A DNA stretch of 64,000 bases from Candidatus Woesearchaeota archaeon (GTDB taxonomy: Archaea; Nanobdellota; Nanobdellia; UBA10117; JABICX01), in assembly GCA_018692915.1 (NCBI GenBank), contig JABHLG010000013.1:7993-71992 (forward strand). The letters run 5' to 3'. The notes beneath the pieces are model-generated. The model did no database searches. It was not told where the DNA came from and saw only the letters and a list, made by a program, of their open reading frames with translations. The position numbers were made by a program, and so were the translations under genes. Shown here one piece after another: positions 38,130 through 47,283 of the stretch. Positions within the stretch are counted from its first letter, which is position 1. Each line of letters opens with the position of its first letter.

Positions 38130-38477
38130 TTAAGCAACTCTTTGGTCTTCAACCCATTTCATAAAATCTCTTGTTTTGCGGATTAAGTGTTCAACTTCAG
38201 TTACAGGTACTTCTGGTCTGCTTGCTAACTTCAAAATATTAATATAAAATTTTGAAAATTCTCCTGCTTTTGATTCCTCAAATCGCTTTAATGTTTTTGC
38301 AACAATTTGTGGGCTTTTTGCAGAACTATCATCTAAATCAGTTAGCTCCTGAATCAACATTGTAGATGCAGTTAAAACATGCTTAAATGCTGCTGAAGAA
38401 TAACTTCCACTATCTCCTTGACTAATTAAAAAATCTGCAAAATTCAATTTCTTTTCAATTTCATAAAAATTACTCAT
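38130..38477 (-). CDS. hypothetical helical protein (weak HEPN/UPF0332-like look)
   Basis: 115 aa. Its N-terminal pattern resembles the upstream 184-aa ORF. There is an 8-nt overlap between the two. Confidence 0.3.
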   Translation of the reverse strand: MSNFYEIEKKLNFADFLISQGDSGSYSSAAFKHVLTASTMLIQELTDLDDSSAKSPQIVAKTLKRFEESKAGEFSKFYINILKLASRPEVPVTEVEHLIRKTRDFMKWVEDQRVA

Positions 38478-39024
38478 TATCTTTTAATACACTCTGGCGA
38501 GCATCCTCCTCTTTAATTATATCTTCTGACTTATCAACAAAGTCTTTTGCAATACTTAAATATTTTTTTACAGTATCTATATCAAGCACTTTTAGAGAAT
38601 AAACATCATTTGTAAGAATATATTTATCTTGGCGCTTAAATCGCATGCTGCTAGTACTAATAGCATGACGCATTTCACCTACTTTTTTTAAGAATTCAGC
38701 ATATTTGCGCTCAAAATTATGTTTATCTTGAACATCTCTTACCCAAATGTCAGTCATAGCACCAAAAGTCCTTGGAAATGCTTCTAATTTCTTATAGTAA
38801 CGCATTTGCTCAAGAACAGATTCTATAGCTGAACTTGATGCATTAAAAACATGCTCAATAATTGCTAACATAAACTTAGTATCATCAGTAAGAGGCATAG
38901 TAACATAAACTAAATGGTCTGCAAGGTCAATTTCTCTGCGAGCTTTTGCCATAATTTCCTTATGCCGCAAGTCATAACTAGGCTTTTTAGTCCGCCAATC
39001 TGTTGAAAATACGTCTGAGTGCAT
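38470..39024 (-). CDS. hypothetical helical protein, paralog-like to 38130-38477
   Basis: 184 aa. REIDLADHLVYV...AIIEHVFNASSSAIESVL compares with LNFADFLIS...AFKHVLTASTMLIQEL in the neighbouring ORF. Confidence 0.3.
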   Translation of the reverse strand: MHSDVFSTDWRTKKPSYDLRHKEIMAKARREIDLADHLVYVTMPLTDDTKFMLAIIEHVFNASSSAIESVLEQMRYYKKLEAFPRTFGAMTDIWVRDVQDKHNFERKYAEFLKKVGEMRHAISTSSMRFKRQDKYILTNDVYSLKVLDIDTVKKYLSIAKDFVDKSEDIIKEEDARQSVLKDNE

Positions 39025-39084
39025 AGTCTTTTAAGTGAATAAAAGTTTATATTTCTTTGTTTGGCCAAAGAGACAATAGTTTAC

Positions 39085-39633
39085 TTATTTTTTATTAACT
39101 AATTTTGATATATTACCAAATGCTTTTCTAACATGTTTAGCTTTTGTAGTAAATTCTCCTGAATGTCTAATTAAATCATAATGTTGGACAGCATTAACTA
39201 TATCATCTAATCCCTCAGTTGATATAAACTTAGCTGAAAGCATTAAAGAATTCACGTGCGTACCTCTACCCTGTCGACCGCTAATGTGTCTCTCTTTTTG
39301 TATAGGATTATCTAATCCATATTTTTCAGATATATATTCTGCTAATCTAATTACAGCTAATTTATTATATAAATTATAATTATTATCTTGATTTACAAAA
39401 CCTTCTTCTAATTTTAAACTTGGCTCTTCTATATCCCGTTCTAAAACAATATCTATTGTAATAATTCCATCAAAATCAATTTTCTTGAACTGTTGTGCTA
39501 AATTATCTGAAATTGGCTCTAAAGAAGTTTTAACACTATAAGTATTATTTTTAAAGTCTAAGTCATATTTATCGCCGCCTTGGTGTTTACAAACACCTGC
39601 TTCATTTAAATATCTCCGAACTTTATTTTCCAT
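39085..39633 (-). CDS. hypothetical protein
   Basis: 182-aa ORF only. Confidence 0.3.
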   Translation of the reverse strand: MENKVRRYLNEAGVCKHQGGDKYDLDFKNNTYSVKTSLEPISDNLAQQFKKIDFDGIITIDIVLERDIEEPSLKLEEGFVNQDNNYNLYNKLAVIRLAEYISEKYGLDNPIQKERHISGRQGRGTHVNSLMLSAKFISTEGLDDIVNAVQHYDLIRHSGEFTTKAKHVRKAFGNISKLVNKK

Positions 39634-39683
39634 ATAACTATATGATAGTAAAACTTAAAACAGTTTTTAATTTTATATATTAT

Positions 39684-39811
39684 GCCTCTATAGCTCAGCT
39701 GGTAGAGCGTTACCCTCGTAAGAATCCCTTTCTTGTAAGAAAGGTCTTCCAACCCCAAAGAACGGATTCGGAAAAAGGTAAAGGTCGCAGGTTCAATTCC
39801 TGCTAGGGGCT
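39684..39811 (+). tRNA. tRNA-Thr(CGU) with 55-nt intron at 37/38 (39721-39775)
   Basis: Hand fold. Acceptor gcctcta/taggggc, D arm gctc-agctggta-gagc, anticodon stem ttacc/ggtaa, loop ctCGTaa, T arm gcagg-ttcaatt-cctgc. The intron carries the D-type core. Confidence 0.85.
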
Positions 39812-39920
39812 CTAACCTAAATAAGAAATATCTTTTATATCTCAGCTTTCTTCCAAGAAAGCTGGCAAAGAAACCTGCTAACTCAGTTGCTTCGCATTAG
39901 CCAAGGTAGCTAATGTCTTT
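39812..39920. repeat. Terminus-duplication locus at the PAC2-like gene 3' end (B-type element)
   Basis: Displaced copy 39812-39835 (KDISYLG*). Element 39836-39896 (cagctttcttccaagaaagctggcaaagaaac...gcttcgca). Functional end 39897-39920 (KDISYLG*). Confidence 0.85.
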
Positions 39921-40634
39921 TTTATCTTTGATTTGCTTGGTTTCTTTTGATTTTTGCATTAGCTCTTTTAGTTTAGCTTCTACGTTCTTTGCTTCAGATA
40001 AGAGTGGTTTTGTATCAACTTTTAAGCCGATATATTTATTTAGAACTTCAATCAGCGCTGCTGCAGCATGGCTATCTGGCATGTTTGTATGTGTTTCTGC
40101 AAAAATAAATGATGATTTTATACTGCCAATTGATTTTTCCATAATTGCACCTGTAACTCCAACAATCATACCTTCTGTTAGCTTTTCTGGTCCTTTTAGA
40201 GCTGCTAGCTTTTTCTCGCAAGCAGGTGAATTTGAATAATAAAAAGTCCGAGCCATAGGATTTCCAAACGGTGAGCCAACACCTTCTAAACTAATCATTT
40301 CTTTTGCTTTTAATTGACCTGCAATTTTCATAACAACATCTGCTAGCTTCCATTCCATTCCTTTAACTCCAGAAAGAGCGTGCATTAACACTAAATTTTT
40401 CTCTTTTACATAAAATATCTCAAATATATGTCTCAGCCGATTGTGATGAATTGTAGCAATTGGTGGCATTTCTTCTGACCAAACATAACCAATTGGTTTA
40501 GCATTTAGCTTCTCAACTAAGTATTCTGTTGCAATTGTTCCAACAAAACCCAAACCAGGAAAACCTTCGATAATAATCGGGCTCTTGGGCTTAAAAGTAA
40601 GATTAATCTCCATCCTATCTATTTGCTCAATCAT
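39897..40634 (-). CDS. PAC2-family proteasome assembly chaperone-like protein
   Basis: IIIEGFPGLGFVGTIATEYLV motif. Start is ATG 40634, or 40613 if leaderless behind the tatatat box. The track ORF extends further upstream. Confidence 0.6.
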   Translation of the reverse strand: MIEQIDRMEINLTFKPKSPIIIEGFPGLGFVGTIATEYLVEKLNAKPIGYVWSEEMPPIATIHHNRLRHIFEIFYVKEKNLVLMHALSGVKGMEWKLADVVMKIAGQLKAKEMISLEGVGSPFGNPMARTFYYSNSPACEKKLAALKGPEKLTEGMIVGVTGAIMEKSIGSIKSSFIFAETHTNMPDSHAAAALIEVLNKYIGLKVDTKPLLSEAKNVEAKLKELMQKSKETKQIKDKKDISYLG

Positions 40635-40764
40635 ATATATAATTTTTCCCAGAAAAATTCTATTAGCTGAGCTCTGCTCAACTATATATAATTTCCTCTG
40701 AGAAATAAATTGCGGCAAAAACAGTAAAAGCAAAGCTTATAAATCAAAGAAATTGATATTATTT

Positions 40765-40877
40765 GTGGCGGTCAAAGCCAAAGGGTAACACCTGTTCTCA
40801 TTCCGAACACAGAAGTTAAGCCTTTGTACGTTCCTTTGTGGTACTGCATTTATGTGGGAAGCTTGGAAAGCTGCCAT
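40765..40877 (+). rRNA. rrf: 5S rRNA (stand-alone)
   Basis: ccgaacacagaagttaagc core. Terminal helix tggcgg/ctgcca. No 16S or 23S gene nearby. Confidence 0.8.
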
Positions 40878-40938
40878 ATTTCATTTTCACAAACTTCTCA
40901 ATTCTTAATCTTTTTATATACTTAATTCAAACATTATT

Positions 40939-41679
40939 ATGAATGAACTATTACTCTGGATTTTAGGATTTACGTTCCTAAATGGGCTTGTTGCTTTTGT
41001 TGGAGCATTTACTCTAGCAATAAAACCTAAAACATTACAGAAGATAATATTTATACTTGTTGCACTTTCTACAGGAACATTACTGGGTGGTGGATTATTA
41101 CATTTATTACCTGAAGCAATTAAGAATCTGGGTGTTGAAGCTGCAATAAACTATCTTCTAATTGGTTTCATAATTTTCTTCTTGATGGAAAAACTGCTGC
41201 ATTGGCACCATTGCCATGATGGTGTTTGTAAAGTTCATACATTTAGTCAAATGATTCTTTTTGGGGACGCGCTTCACAATTTTATTGATGGTCTAATTAT
41301 TGCTGCAAGTTTCTTTGTAAGTATTCCTTTTGGTATAGTAACTACATTAGTTATAATTGCGCACGAGCTGCCGCAAGAATTAGGTGATTTTGGCGTATTA
41401 ACACATGGAGGATTTAGTAAAAATAAAGCACTTTTCTACAATTTCTTATCGCAACTAACTGCTGTATTAGGTGGTCTTGTTGGATTCTTTTTTGTCCAAT
41501 CAAGTGGTTTAGAATCATTGTTGCTACCTTTTGCAGCAGGTGGATTTATTTACATAGCTGCTTCAGATTTAATCCCTGAGTTACATAAAGAAAATGATAC
41601 AAAAAGAATGATATTATCATTTACATTTTTCATAATTGGTATAATGATAATGTTTTTATTCAGACATATTGGAGGTTAG
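40939..41679 (+). CDS. ZIP family metal (zinc) transporter
   Basis: Multi-TM protein with HELPQELGDF motif. Confidence 0.8.
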   Translation: MNELLLWILGFTFLNGLVAFVGAFTLAIKPKTLQKIIFILVALSTGTLLGGGLLHLLPEAIKNLGVEAAINYLLIGFIIFFLMEKLLHWHHCHDGVCKVHTFSQMILFGDALHNFIDGLIIAASFFVSIPFGIVTTLVIIAHELPQELGDFGVLTHGGFSKNKALFYNFLSQLTAVLGGLVGFFFVQSSGLESLLLPFAAGGFIYIAASDLIPELHKENDTKRMILSFTFFIIGIMIMFLFRHIGG

Positions 41680-41680
41680 A

Positions 41681-42016
41681 ATGAATAAAAAATCTCGTAG
41701 ACATAAACCACAAGGATGGATTAAGGTAGCTAAAGAACGAATTGAAATCTTATTTAGCGAAGCTAGAAAACAAGCTAGCAAGAAGCCTAAACGAGCGAAT
41801 CGTTATGTTAAAATGGCTCGCAAGATTGGAATGCGATACAATGTTCGAATTCCGCGAAAGTATCGCAGAGAGTTTTGTCACAAATGTGATTCTTATCTTC
41901 TACCTGGAAAAAACTGCACGGTTCGAACTAATGCAAAAACAAAATGTGTAGAATATATTTGTGGAGAATGTAAAGCAATTAATCGCTATGGTTATAAAAA
42001 AGAACAAAAAAAGTGA
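41681..42016 (+). CDS. rnp4: RNase P protein component 4 (Rpp21/Rnp4)
   Basis: RANRYVKMARKIGMRYNVRIP...FCHKC...CGEC zinc ribbon. GGAGGT lies 4 nt upstream of ATG 41681. Confidence 0.7.
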   Translation: MNKKSRRHKPQGWIKVAKERIEILFSEARKQASKKPKRANRYVKMARKIGMRYNVRIPRKYRREFCHKCDSYLLPGKNCTVRTNAKTKCVEYICGECKAINRYGYKKEQKK

Positions 42017-42263
42017 CTTTTCTATCTCTCGAGATCGAAGATCTCCAGATACACTAAAGAGAATAAAAGTAAAACCAAACGCTAGGAAATCTGAAATCTT
42101 AGAAGAAACTGAAAATGAAATTAAGATTGCAATAGCTGCACCTGCACAAGATGGAAAAGCAAATACCGAACTTATTCGATTTCTAAAAAAAGAACGCAAT
42201 TGGAAATGTAAAATTGTTTCAGGGCTAAGATGTAAGAATAAACTTATTCAAATCCAAGAATGA
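41988..42263 (+). CDS. DUF167 (YggU-like) protein; start uncertain
   Basis: IKIAIAAPAQDGKANTELIRFLKK...IVSGLRCKNKLIQI. The present C-terminus (..QIQE*) reads into an inserted element. Confidence 0.55.
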   Translation: MVIKKNKKSDFSISRDRRSPDTLKRIKVKPNARKSEILEETENEIKIAIAAPAQDGKANTELIRFLKKERNWKCKIVSGLRCKNKLIQIQE

Positions 42264-42367
42264 ATTTCGCGACGAACAGATAAAGTGTTCTGAGGAGCGA
42301 AGTGGTGCGAACTGGCGCTGTCAGTTCATGTAAAAGGAAAGACTAATAAGAATAAACTTATTCAAAT
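42233..42367. repeat. Terminus-duplication locus at the DUF167 3' end (C-type element)
   Basis: Perfect 21-bp direct repeat taagaataaacttattcaaat (42233-42253 and 42347-42367) around a 93-nt insert containing gcgacgaacagataaagtgttctgaggagcgaagtg. Confidence 0.85.
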
Positions 42368-42370
42368 TCT

Positions 42371-43003
42371 ATGAGTGAACAAGCTAATTTAATAGATCAT
42401 TTTGAAGATGAATTACAAGATATTAAGAAACCTTCTCCGTTTCGCTGGATTCTTGGACTATTTCTTATTTTCATGATGATTTTATGGTTTATTCCATCTT
42501 ATCAAATTCAGATTGACCCACCACCAGCTAGAATTCCTACAGTTGAAGAAGTCTCAAGCATAACTGAATATGATAGAATTGAATCAAATAATATTCAAGA
42601 TTATGTTATAATTGATTCTGAAATAAAAGGTGTAGCTGATAGGATTGCAACAATCGCTTGTGATTCTAATCAGAAAAAATGTCAGGCTCGAGCAATGTTT
42701 GGCTTTGTTCAAGAGAACTTTGAATATGTGTCTGACCCAACAAGTTTTGAATATATGAAAACAGCTAAGGAAAGCTTGGTAAATGGTGCTGCGGGCGATT
42801 GTGATGATAGCTCAATTGCATTAGCTACATTATTAGAATCAATTGGAATTCCTGCACGGTTTGTATTTGTTCCAGGTCATGTTTATGTTGAAGGTTACAT
42901 AAACAACAAATGGGAACCGATGGATGCTACTTGCTCAAACTGCAATTTTGGTGAAATCCATTACAAATATGCCAAAGATGAAAAAAGAATTGTTAATGCT
43001 TAA
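42371..43003 (+). CDS. membrane-anchored transglutaminase-like cysteine protease domain protein
   Basis: GDCDDSSIALATLLESIGIPARFVFVPGHVYVE, matching the Cys...His core. Confidence 0.65.
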   Translation: MSEQANLIDHFEDELQDIKKPSPFRWILGLFLIFMMILWFIPSYQIQIDPPPARIPTVEEVSSITEYDRIESNNIQDYVIIDSEIKGVADRIATIACDSNQKKCQARAMFGFVQENFEYVSDPTSFEYMKTAKESLVNGAAGDCDDSSIALATLLESIGIPARFVFVPGHVYVEGYINNKWEPMDATCSNCNFGEIHYKYAKDEKRIVNA

Positions 43004-43284
43004 TCTTTATGGTTATATTTTCGTCTAACTGATAAAATCATAAGACCATATTTATTAATATCTTCTTTTGAATAAAATTTTTCTGCAATCTTTGTATTTA
43101 AATTAAAAATAACTTCAAATTCTTTCTCTCGTCCAGTTAATTCTTTTGATCCTTGCTTTTGCTCTTTCAAAATTAATGTATCTCCAGGTTTACATTTAAA
43201 ATCAGCTAACCTGACTTCAAACCGTTTTCTACCATCAGTTATTGCTTCAAAATATTCTTGCTGAACATTTTTTATAATTTTCAT
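43000..43284 (-). CDS. ASCH/DUF3850-like PUA-fold protein
   Basis: YFEAITDGRKRFEVRLADFKCKPGDTLILKE. Confidence 0.5.
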   Translation of the reverse strand: MKIIKNVQQEYFEAITDGRKRFEVRLADFKCKPGDTLILKEQKQGSKELTGREKEFEVIFNLNTKIAEKFYSKEDINKYGLMILSVRRKYNHKD

Positions 43285-44498
43285 TTCTTACTTTCTACTT
43301 CTTTCTTCATATCTTTAATAAGATTATCAAACTTTACACCGAACTTTGGTTTATCTCCTCTAGAACGAACTGCAAGAGTTCCTGCGTCTTTTTCTTTATC
43401 TCCAATTACAATTACATAAGGTATTTTCATTAGAGAAGCTTCTCGAACTTTCTTTCCAACAGATTCTAATCTATAATCTGAATCAACTCTGAAGCCAGCA
43501 TCTCTGAACTTCTTCTCAATTCCTTCAGAATACTCAATTAAAGTATCATTCATATTTATGATTCGAACCTGAACAGGTGCTAACCAAAGTGGAAATGCTC
43601 CATTGCAATTTTCAATTAAAATTGCCATAAATCTTTCAACTGCGCCAAGCATTGCTCTATGAAGCATTGTAACTTGTTTTTTCTCGTTTTTCTCATCTAT
43701 GTAAAAAAGTTTGAATCTTTCTGGAAGATTAAAATCAACCTGAATAGTTCCTAATTGCCAACTTCTTCCAAGAACATCCTTAACATGAAAATCAATCTTT
43801 GGCCCATAAAATGCACCATCTCCTGGATTAACTTTGTAAGTAGTTTTATTCTTCTTAAGAGCTTTTTCTAGCAATTCTTCAGCTTTATTCCAACTTTCAA
43901 TATCCCCAATATGTTTCTTAGGCATAGTTGAAAGCTCAATTGTATCTATAGATAATCCAAATTCATTATAAGTTTCTATGAAAAAATTAATCATATTAAT
44001 TACTTCTGACTCAATTTGCGATTCTGTACAAAATATGTGTGCATCATCTTGAGTAATAGTTCTAACTCGAGTTAGTCCGGTTAAGTTTCCAGATAGTTCA
44101 TTTCTATAAACTGTTCCAAACTCTGCAAGTCTTATTGGCAGATCTCTATAGCTGTGGCTCTTGTGTTTGTAAATGTAAATATGTCCTGGACAGTTCATTG
44201 GTTTGATTGCAAACTTCTGACCTTCTGATTCTGTGTAAAACATATTCTCTTTGAACTTTGCTTCATGGCCAGACTTTTTCCAGACTCCTGCTTTGTATAT
44301 GTGCGGAGTCTTGGCAAGATGGTAGCCACTTTTTAGAAGCTTGTCTGTTATATATTGCTCAATTAAACGAAAAAGCATTGCTCCATTTGGATGGAACAAA
44401 GGTAAACCTGCTCCAGTAGATTCATTTACACTAAATAAATCTAATTTCTGACCAATAATTCTATGGTCATTTTCAGGTAAATTATCATTCTCTTGCAT
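43281..44498 (-). CDS. thrS: threonyl-tRNA synthetase, catalytic plus anticodon-binding domains only
   Basis: DHRIIGQKLDLF, class II motifs (FRNELSG.., GFYGPKIDF), C-terminal anticodon-binding domain. No N-terminal editing domain. Confidence 0.85.
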   Translation of the reverse strand: MQENDNLPENDHRIIGQKLDLFSVNESTGAGLPLFHPNGAMLFRLIEQYITDKLLKSGYHLAKTPHIYKAGVWKKSGHEAKFKENMFYTESEGQKFAIKPMNCPGHIYIYKHKSHSYRDLPIRLAEFGTVYRNELSGNLTGLTRVRTITQDDAHIFCTESQIESEVINMINFFIETYNEFGLSIDTIELSTMPKKHIGDIESWNKAEELLEKALKKNKTTYKVNPGDGAFYGPKIDFHVKDVLGRSWQLGTIQVDFNLPERFKLFYIDEKNEKKQVTMLHRAMLGAVERFMAILIENCNGAFPLWLAPVQVRIINMNDTLIEYSEGIEKKFRDAGFRVDSDYRLESVGKKVREASLMKIPYVIVIGDKEKDAGTLAVRSRGDKPKFGVKFDNLIKDMKKEVESKK

Positions 44499-44630
44499 TA
44501 TAATCTCCTCTAAATACTAAGCTATAAAAAACTTTAGAAATATGGCTAGATACAAAATTATTCAACTGTGGGGTACTCACCCAGTTTAGCCATAATATAT
44601 ATAGAAAAAATAAGTTATAAGGATTGTGGT

Positions 44631-45041
44631 TTAGAATTCTCGGCTTAATTCTGCCAGAGGATGTCCTTTGACATGGATGTTGAATTCTTTATACCAACCA
44701 AAAGGTGCTGTAGCAACTTCAAAATCAGATTCTATCTTTTCTGCAGTTTTCTGTAAAATTTCTAAAGCAATTCCAGGCTTTCCGGGCTTTGAAGTCAGAT
44801 GAACATAAGGATAAAGCATAATTTTCTTTACACCAATCTGCGCTTGATATGCTTTTATTTCTTTAACAATTCGGTCTGAAACAGCTTCTACATCAGTATC
44901 ATGCTCTTCTGAAGCCATCATAACAGTCATACATTTCTTCATTTCAATTGGCTCATCTTGCTTTGCAGGTGGTGCTGATTTCAGAGCGGGCTTTCTAGGA
45001 ATAACAGTTATTGCTGTTGTATGTAAAAGTAGTATTTTCAT
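44631..45041 (-). CDS. free-standing archaeal ThrRS editing domain (DTD-like)
   Basis: 136 aa with ..IMLYPYVHLTS...APFGWYKEFNIHVKGHPLAE, typical of the archaea-specific ThrRS N-terminal editing domain. Confidence 0.65.
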   Translation of the reverse strand: MKILLLHTTAITVIPRKPALKSAPPAKQDEPIEMKKCMTVMMASEEHDTDVEAVSDRIVKEIKAYQAQIGVKKIMLYPYVHLTSKPGKPGIALEILQKTAEKIESDFEVATAPFGWYKEFNIHVKGHPLAELSREF

Positions 45042-45090
45042 AAAAATATATAGAAAATAAACCTTAAAAGTCTTTACTCTAAGGTAAATT

Positions 45091-45519
45091 ATGAGCCTTA
45101 CTAATAAAATACAGAATGCGATAATAAATATTAAAATATCATATTATTCTAGAAAACTCGATAGAGCACCTCTTGAAACTAGACAAAATTTCCATCGTAT
45201 TTATTTACATAAACTTGTAGAAAAACTAACTGATAAAGATAATCCTTTATCTGAATTAGATAAATATATTGCTCTTAAACATGGATTAAACTGTATTGAA
45301 GCAATTGAATGTATGGAAAATCCAGAAGCTAAAAGAAAAGAATATACTAATGAAATAAAAGAAGCAATATCTAATTGGGATATTAATACTGCAACAGAAG
45401 CAATTCTTAAATTTAAACCATTTATGTATGTAACGGATATTAAACCTGTAGAGGTTGGTTCTTTAGGCCAGATATACAAAGCAATGATTAACTTAAAAAG
45501 AGAATCAAAGAATTCTTGA
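45091..45519 (+). CDS. hypothetical protein
   Basis: 142-aa ORF only. Confidence 0.3.
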   Translation: MSLTNKIQNAIINIKISYYSRKLDRAPLETRQNFHRIYLHKLVEKLTDKDNPLSELDKYIALKHGLNCIEAIECMENPEAKRKEYTNEIKEAISNWDINTATEAILKFKPFMYVTDIKPVEVGSLGQIYKAMINLKRESKNS

Positions 45520-47097
45520 TTGCTTAATTAAATCTATAAATTCTGGAACTGAAACAACTTCGTAATCATCAGAAAGCTGTGCAATTTCTGAATCAATATG
45601 TTTAGGGAAATTATATCGCATTTCTGTTCCAATAAATAAGAAAGCCGGTCGCTCTTTTGGTGTTCTTTCAACAATCCGTTCTGCTATATTTCCATCTTTT
45701 TCAACAAATGCTGCTGACCAAACTGCTGGATTGTCATTGTAAAATTCAATTGATTTACTATATGGCTGTAATATTGTGTATTCCATAAACAAACCATTAG
45801 ATATTTGAGAAAATTCATCTAACATTTCTGGAGAATAACCTCTAAATGCGATGTCAAGAAGCCAAATATATTTCAAATCAGATTCTTTCATAAATTTATC
45901 TGTGTGTTCAACAAAAGCAGGGAAGTATTTGTAAGTTGAAGGGTAAATAAATCCTCCTCCTGAAGGTGCAACAACAAGTGTATCTCCCTGTGGTAAATTT
46001 GAAGAGTAATATTCAAACATATTTGGTGCAAATTCATTCAAAAACGGACTTACACTCCAAGCAAGAGGAGTTTCGTGTTGCTGGGAAAAACTTTTGTATT
46101 TTGAATATGGAAGATCTAAATTATCTCCATCAGATAAAATTATAACAACATATACTTTATCCTCCAATGTAATATTTGATATTGGAGTTGAATGTGTTGG
46201 TTTTGCTCGTTCTAAAGCAGATAAAAAAGATAAATTTGGAACTCCAGGTATTGGAAGTGAAAAACATCCTTTTTCTGATAAATAACCAATTGTCTCGACT
46301 TCACCAATAATTCCAGGATTTATATTATATCCAACCATTGCACAGTCGGGATTCATCTGAGACATAATTTCATCACTAATTTCTGCTTCAGTTGTTGATT
46401 TATGATATACAGGCATTGGTGAATCTTCTCCACTAAGCGCTAAAGATGACATAATCATTTTATTCTTAACAATAAAATCGATGTGGTCTATTTTTCCGTC
46501 GCGAAATGAAATCATATTTTTGTTTGTTTCTTTTGAAACTTCAAGTACTAACATATTAATCTCTTCTTCAGAAAGAATTGTTAAATCATAAATTGGATCT
46601 TCTGCAGAAGTTACTGGAATTGCATCGTAAACTCCTGAAAGAGTAATTGCTAAATATTTCTGCTTAACTGAATCAACATCATATTTAATTGTAGGATAAT
46701 TAGAATAATCTAAGTCTGAAACTACTGTTTTTTCAGCAGAAATTTGCTCTAACCAAAATTCATCTTTCTCAGAACCAATAAGATATAGTATTGGCTTCTC
46801 ACGATTGAGCAAACCTTGGAAAACTCTTGCTTTTAATTCATCTTCATGAGATAATTCTGAGATATCATAAACTAACATTTGATCTGGCGAGCTTCGTGGA
46901 GTTGTTAAACCTTGAAAAGAAGTTGATTCAATTGTGGATATCTCGCGCGGAATCAGTCTTGAAACGCCCAAGACCAAAGGTCCGAATTTCTCTCCAGAAA
47001 CTAATGGATTTTTCAAAACTTGTGAAAATATAAAATTGCTTAAGATTATAAGAAATATAACAGATATAACGATTATTATGAGTTTTTTGCTTTTCAC
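45505..47097 (-). CDS. secreted protein, possible GxGYxYP-family glycoside hydrolase
   Basis: N-terminal TM/signal segment. APSGGGFIYPS resembles the GxGYxYP motif. Confidence 0.35.
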   Translation of the reverse strand: MKSKKLIIIVISVIFLIILSNFIFSQVLKNPLVSGEKFGPLVLGVSRLIPREISTIESTSFQGLTTPRSSPDQMLVYDISELSHEDELKARVFQGLLNREKPILYLIGSEKDEFWLEQISAEKTVVSDLDYSNYPTIKYDVDSVKQKYLAITLSGVYDAIPVTSAEDPIYDLTILSEEEINMLVLEVSKETNKNMISFRDGKIDHIDFIVKNKMIMSSLALSGEDSPMPVYHKSTTEAEISDEIMSQMNPDCAMVGYNINPGIIGEVETIGYLSEKGCFSLPIPGVPNLSFLSALERAKPTHSTPISNITLEDKVYVVIILSDGDNLDLPYSKYKSFSQQHETPLAWSVSPFLNEFAPNMFEYYSSNLPQGDTLVVAPSGGGFIYPSTYKYFPAFVEHTDKFMKESDLKYIWLLDIAFRGYSPEMLDEFSQISNGLFMEYTILQPYSKSIEFYNDNPAVWSAAFVEKDGNIAERIVERTPKERPAFLFIGTEMRYNFPKHIDSEIAQLSDDYEVVSVPEFIDLIKQSRIL

Positions 47098-47148
47098 ATA
47101 TTTGTATACTAAAAGAAATATTTAAGAGTTTTCAGTATTGCTGTAAAA

Positions 47149-47283
47149 ATGGATAAAATTCATATATACACGCAAGGATGCACAGGAGCTTTTTCCGCTT
47201 CGCGCAAAAAGTTCGCAAAAAATACATATTATAGAGGTTACTCAAAATGATAAAAATCTATATACATACACAAGGTTGTACAG
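47149..47283. repeat. Terminus-duplication locus at the MiaB-like gene 5' end (A-type element)
   Basis: Displaced start copy 47149-47185 (MDKIHIYTQGCT). Element 47186-47246 (gagctttttccgcttcgcgcaaaaagttcgcaaaaaatac...). Functional start 47247-47283 (MIKIYIHTQGCT). Confidence 0.8.
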
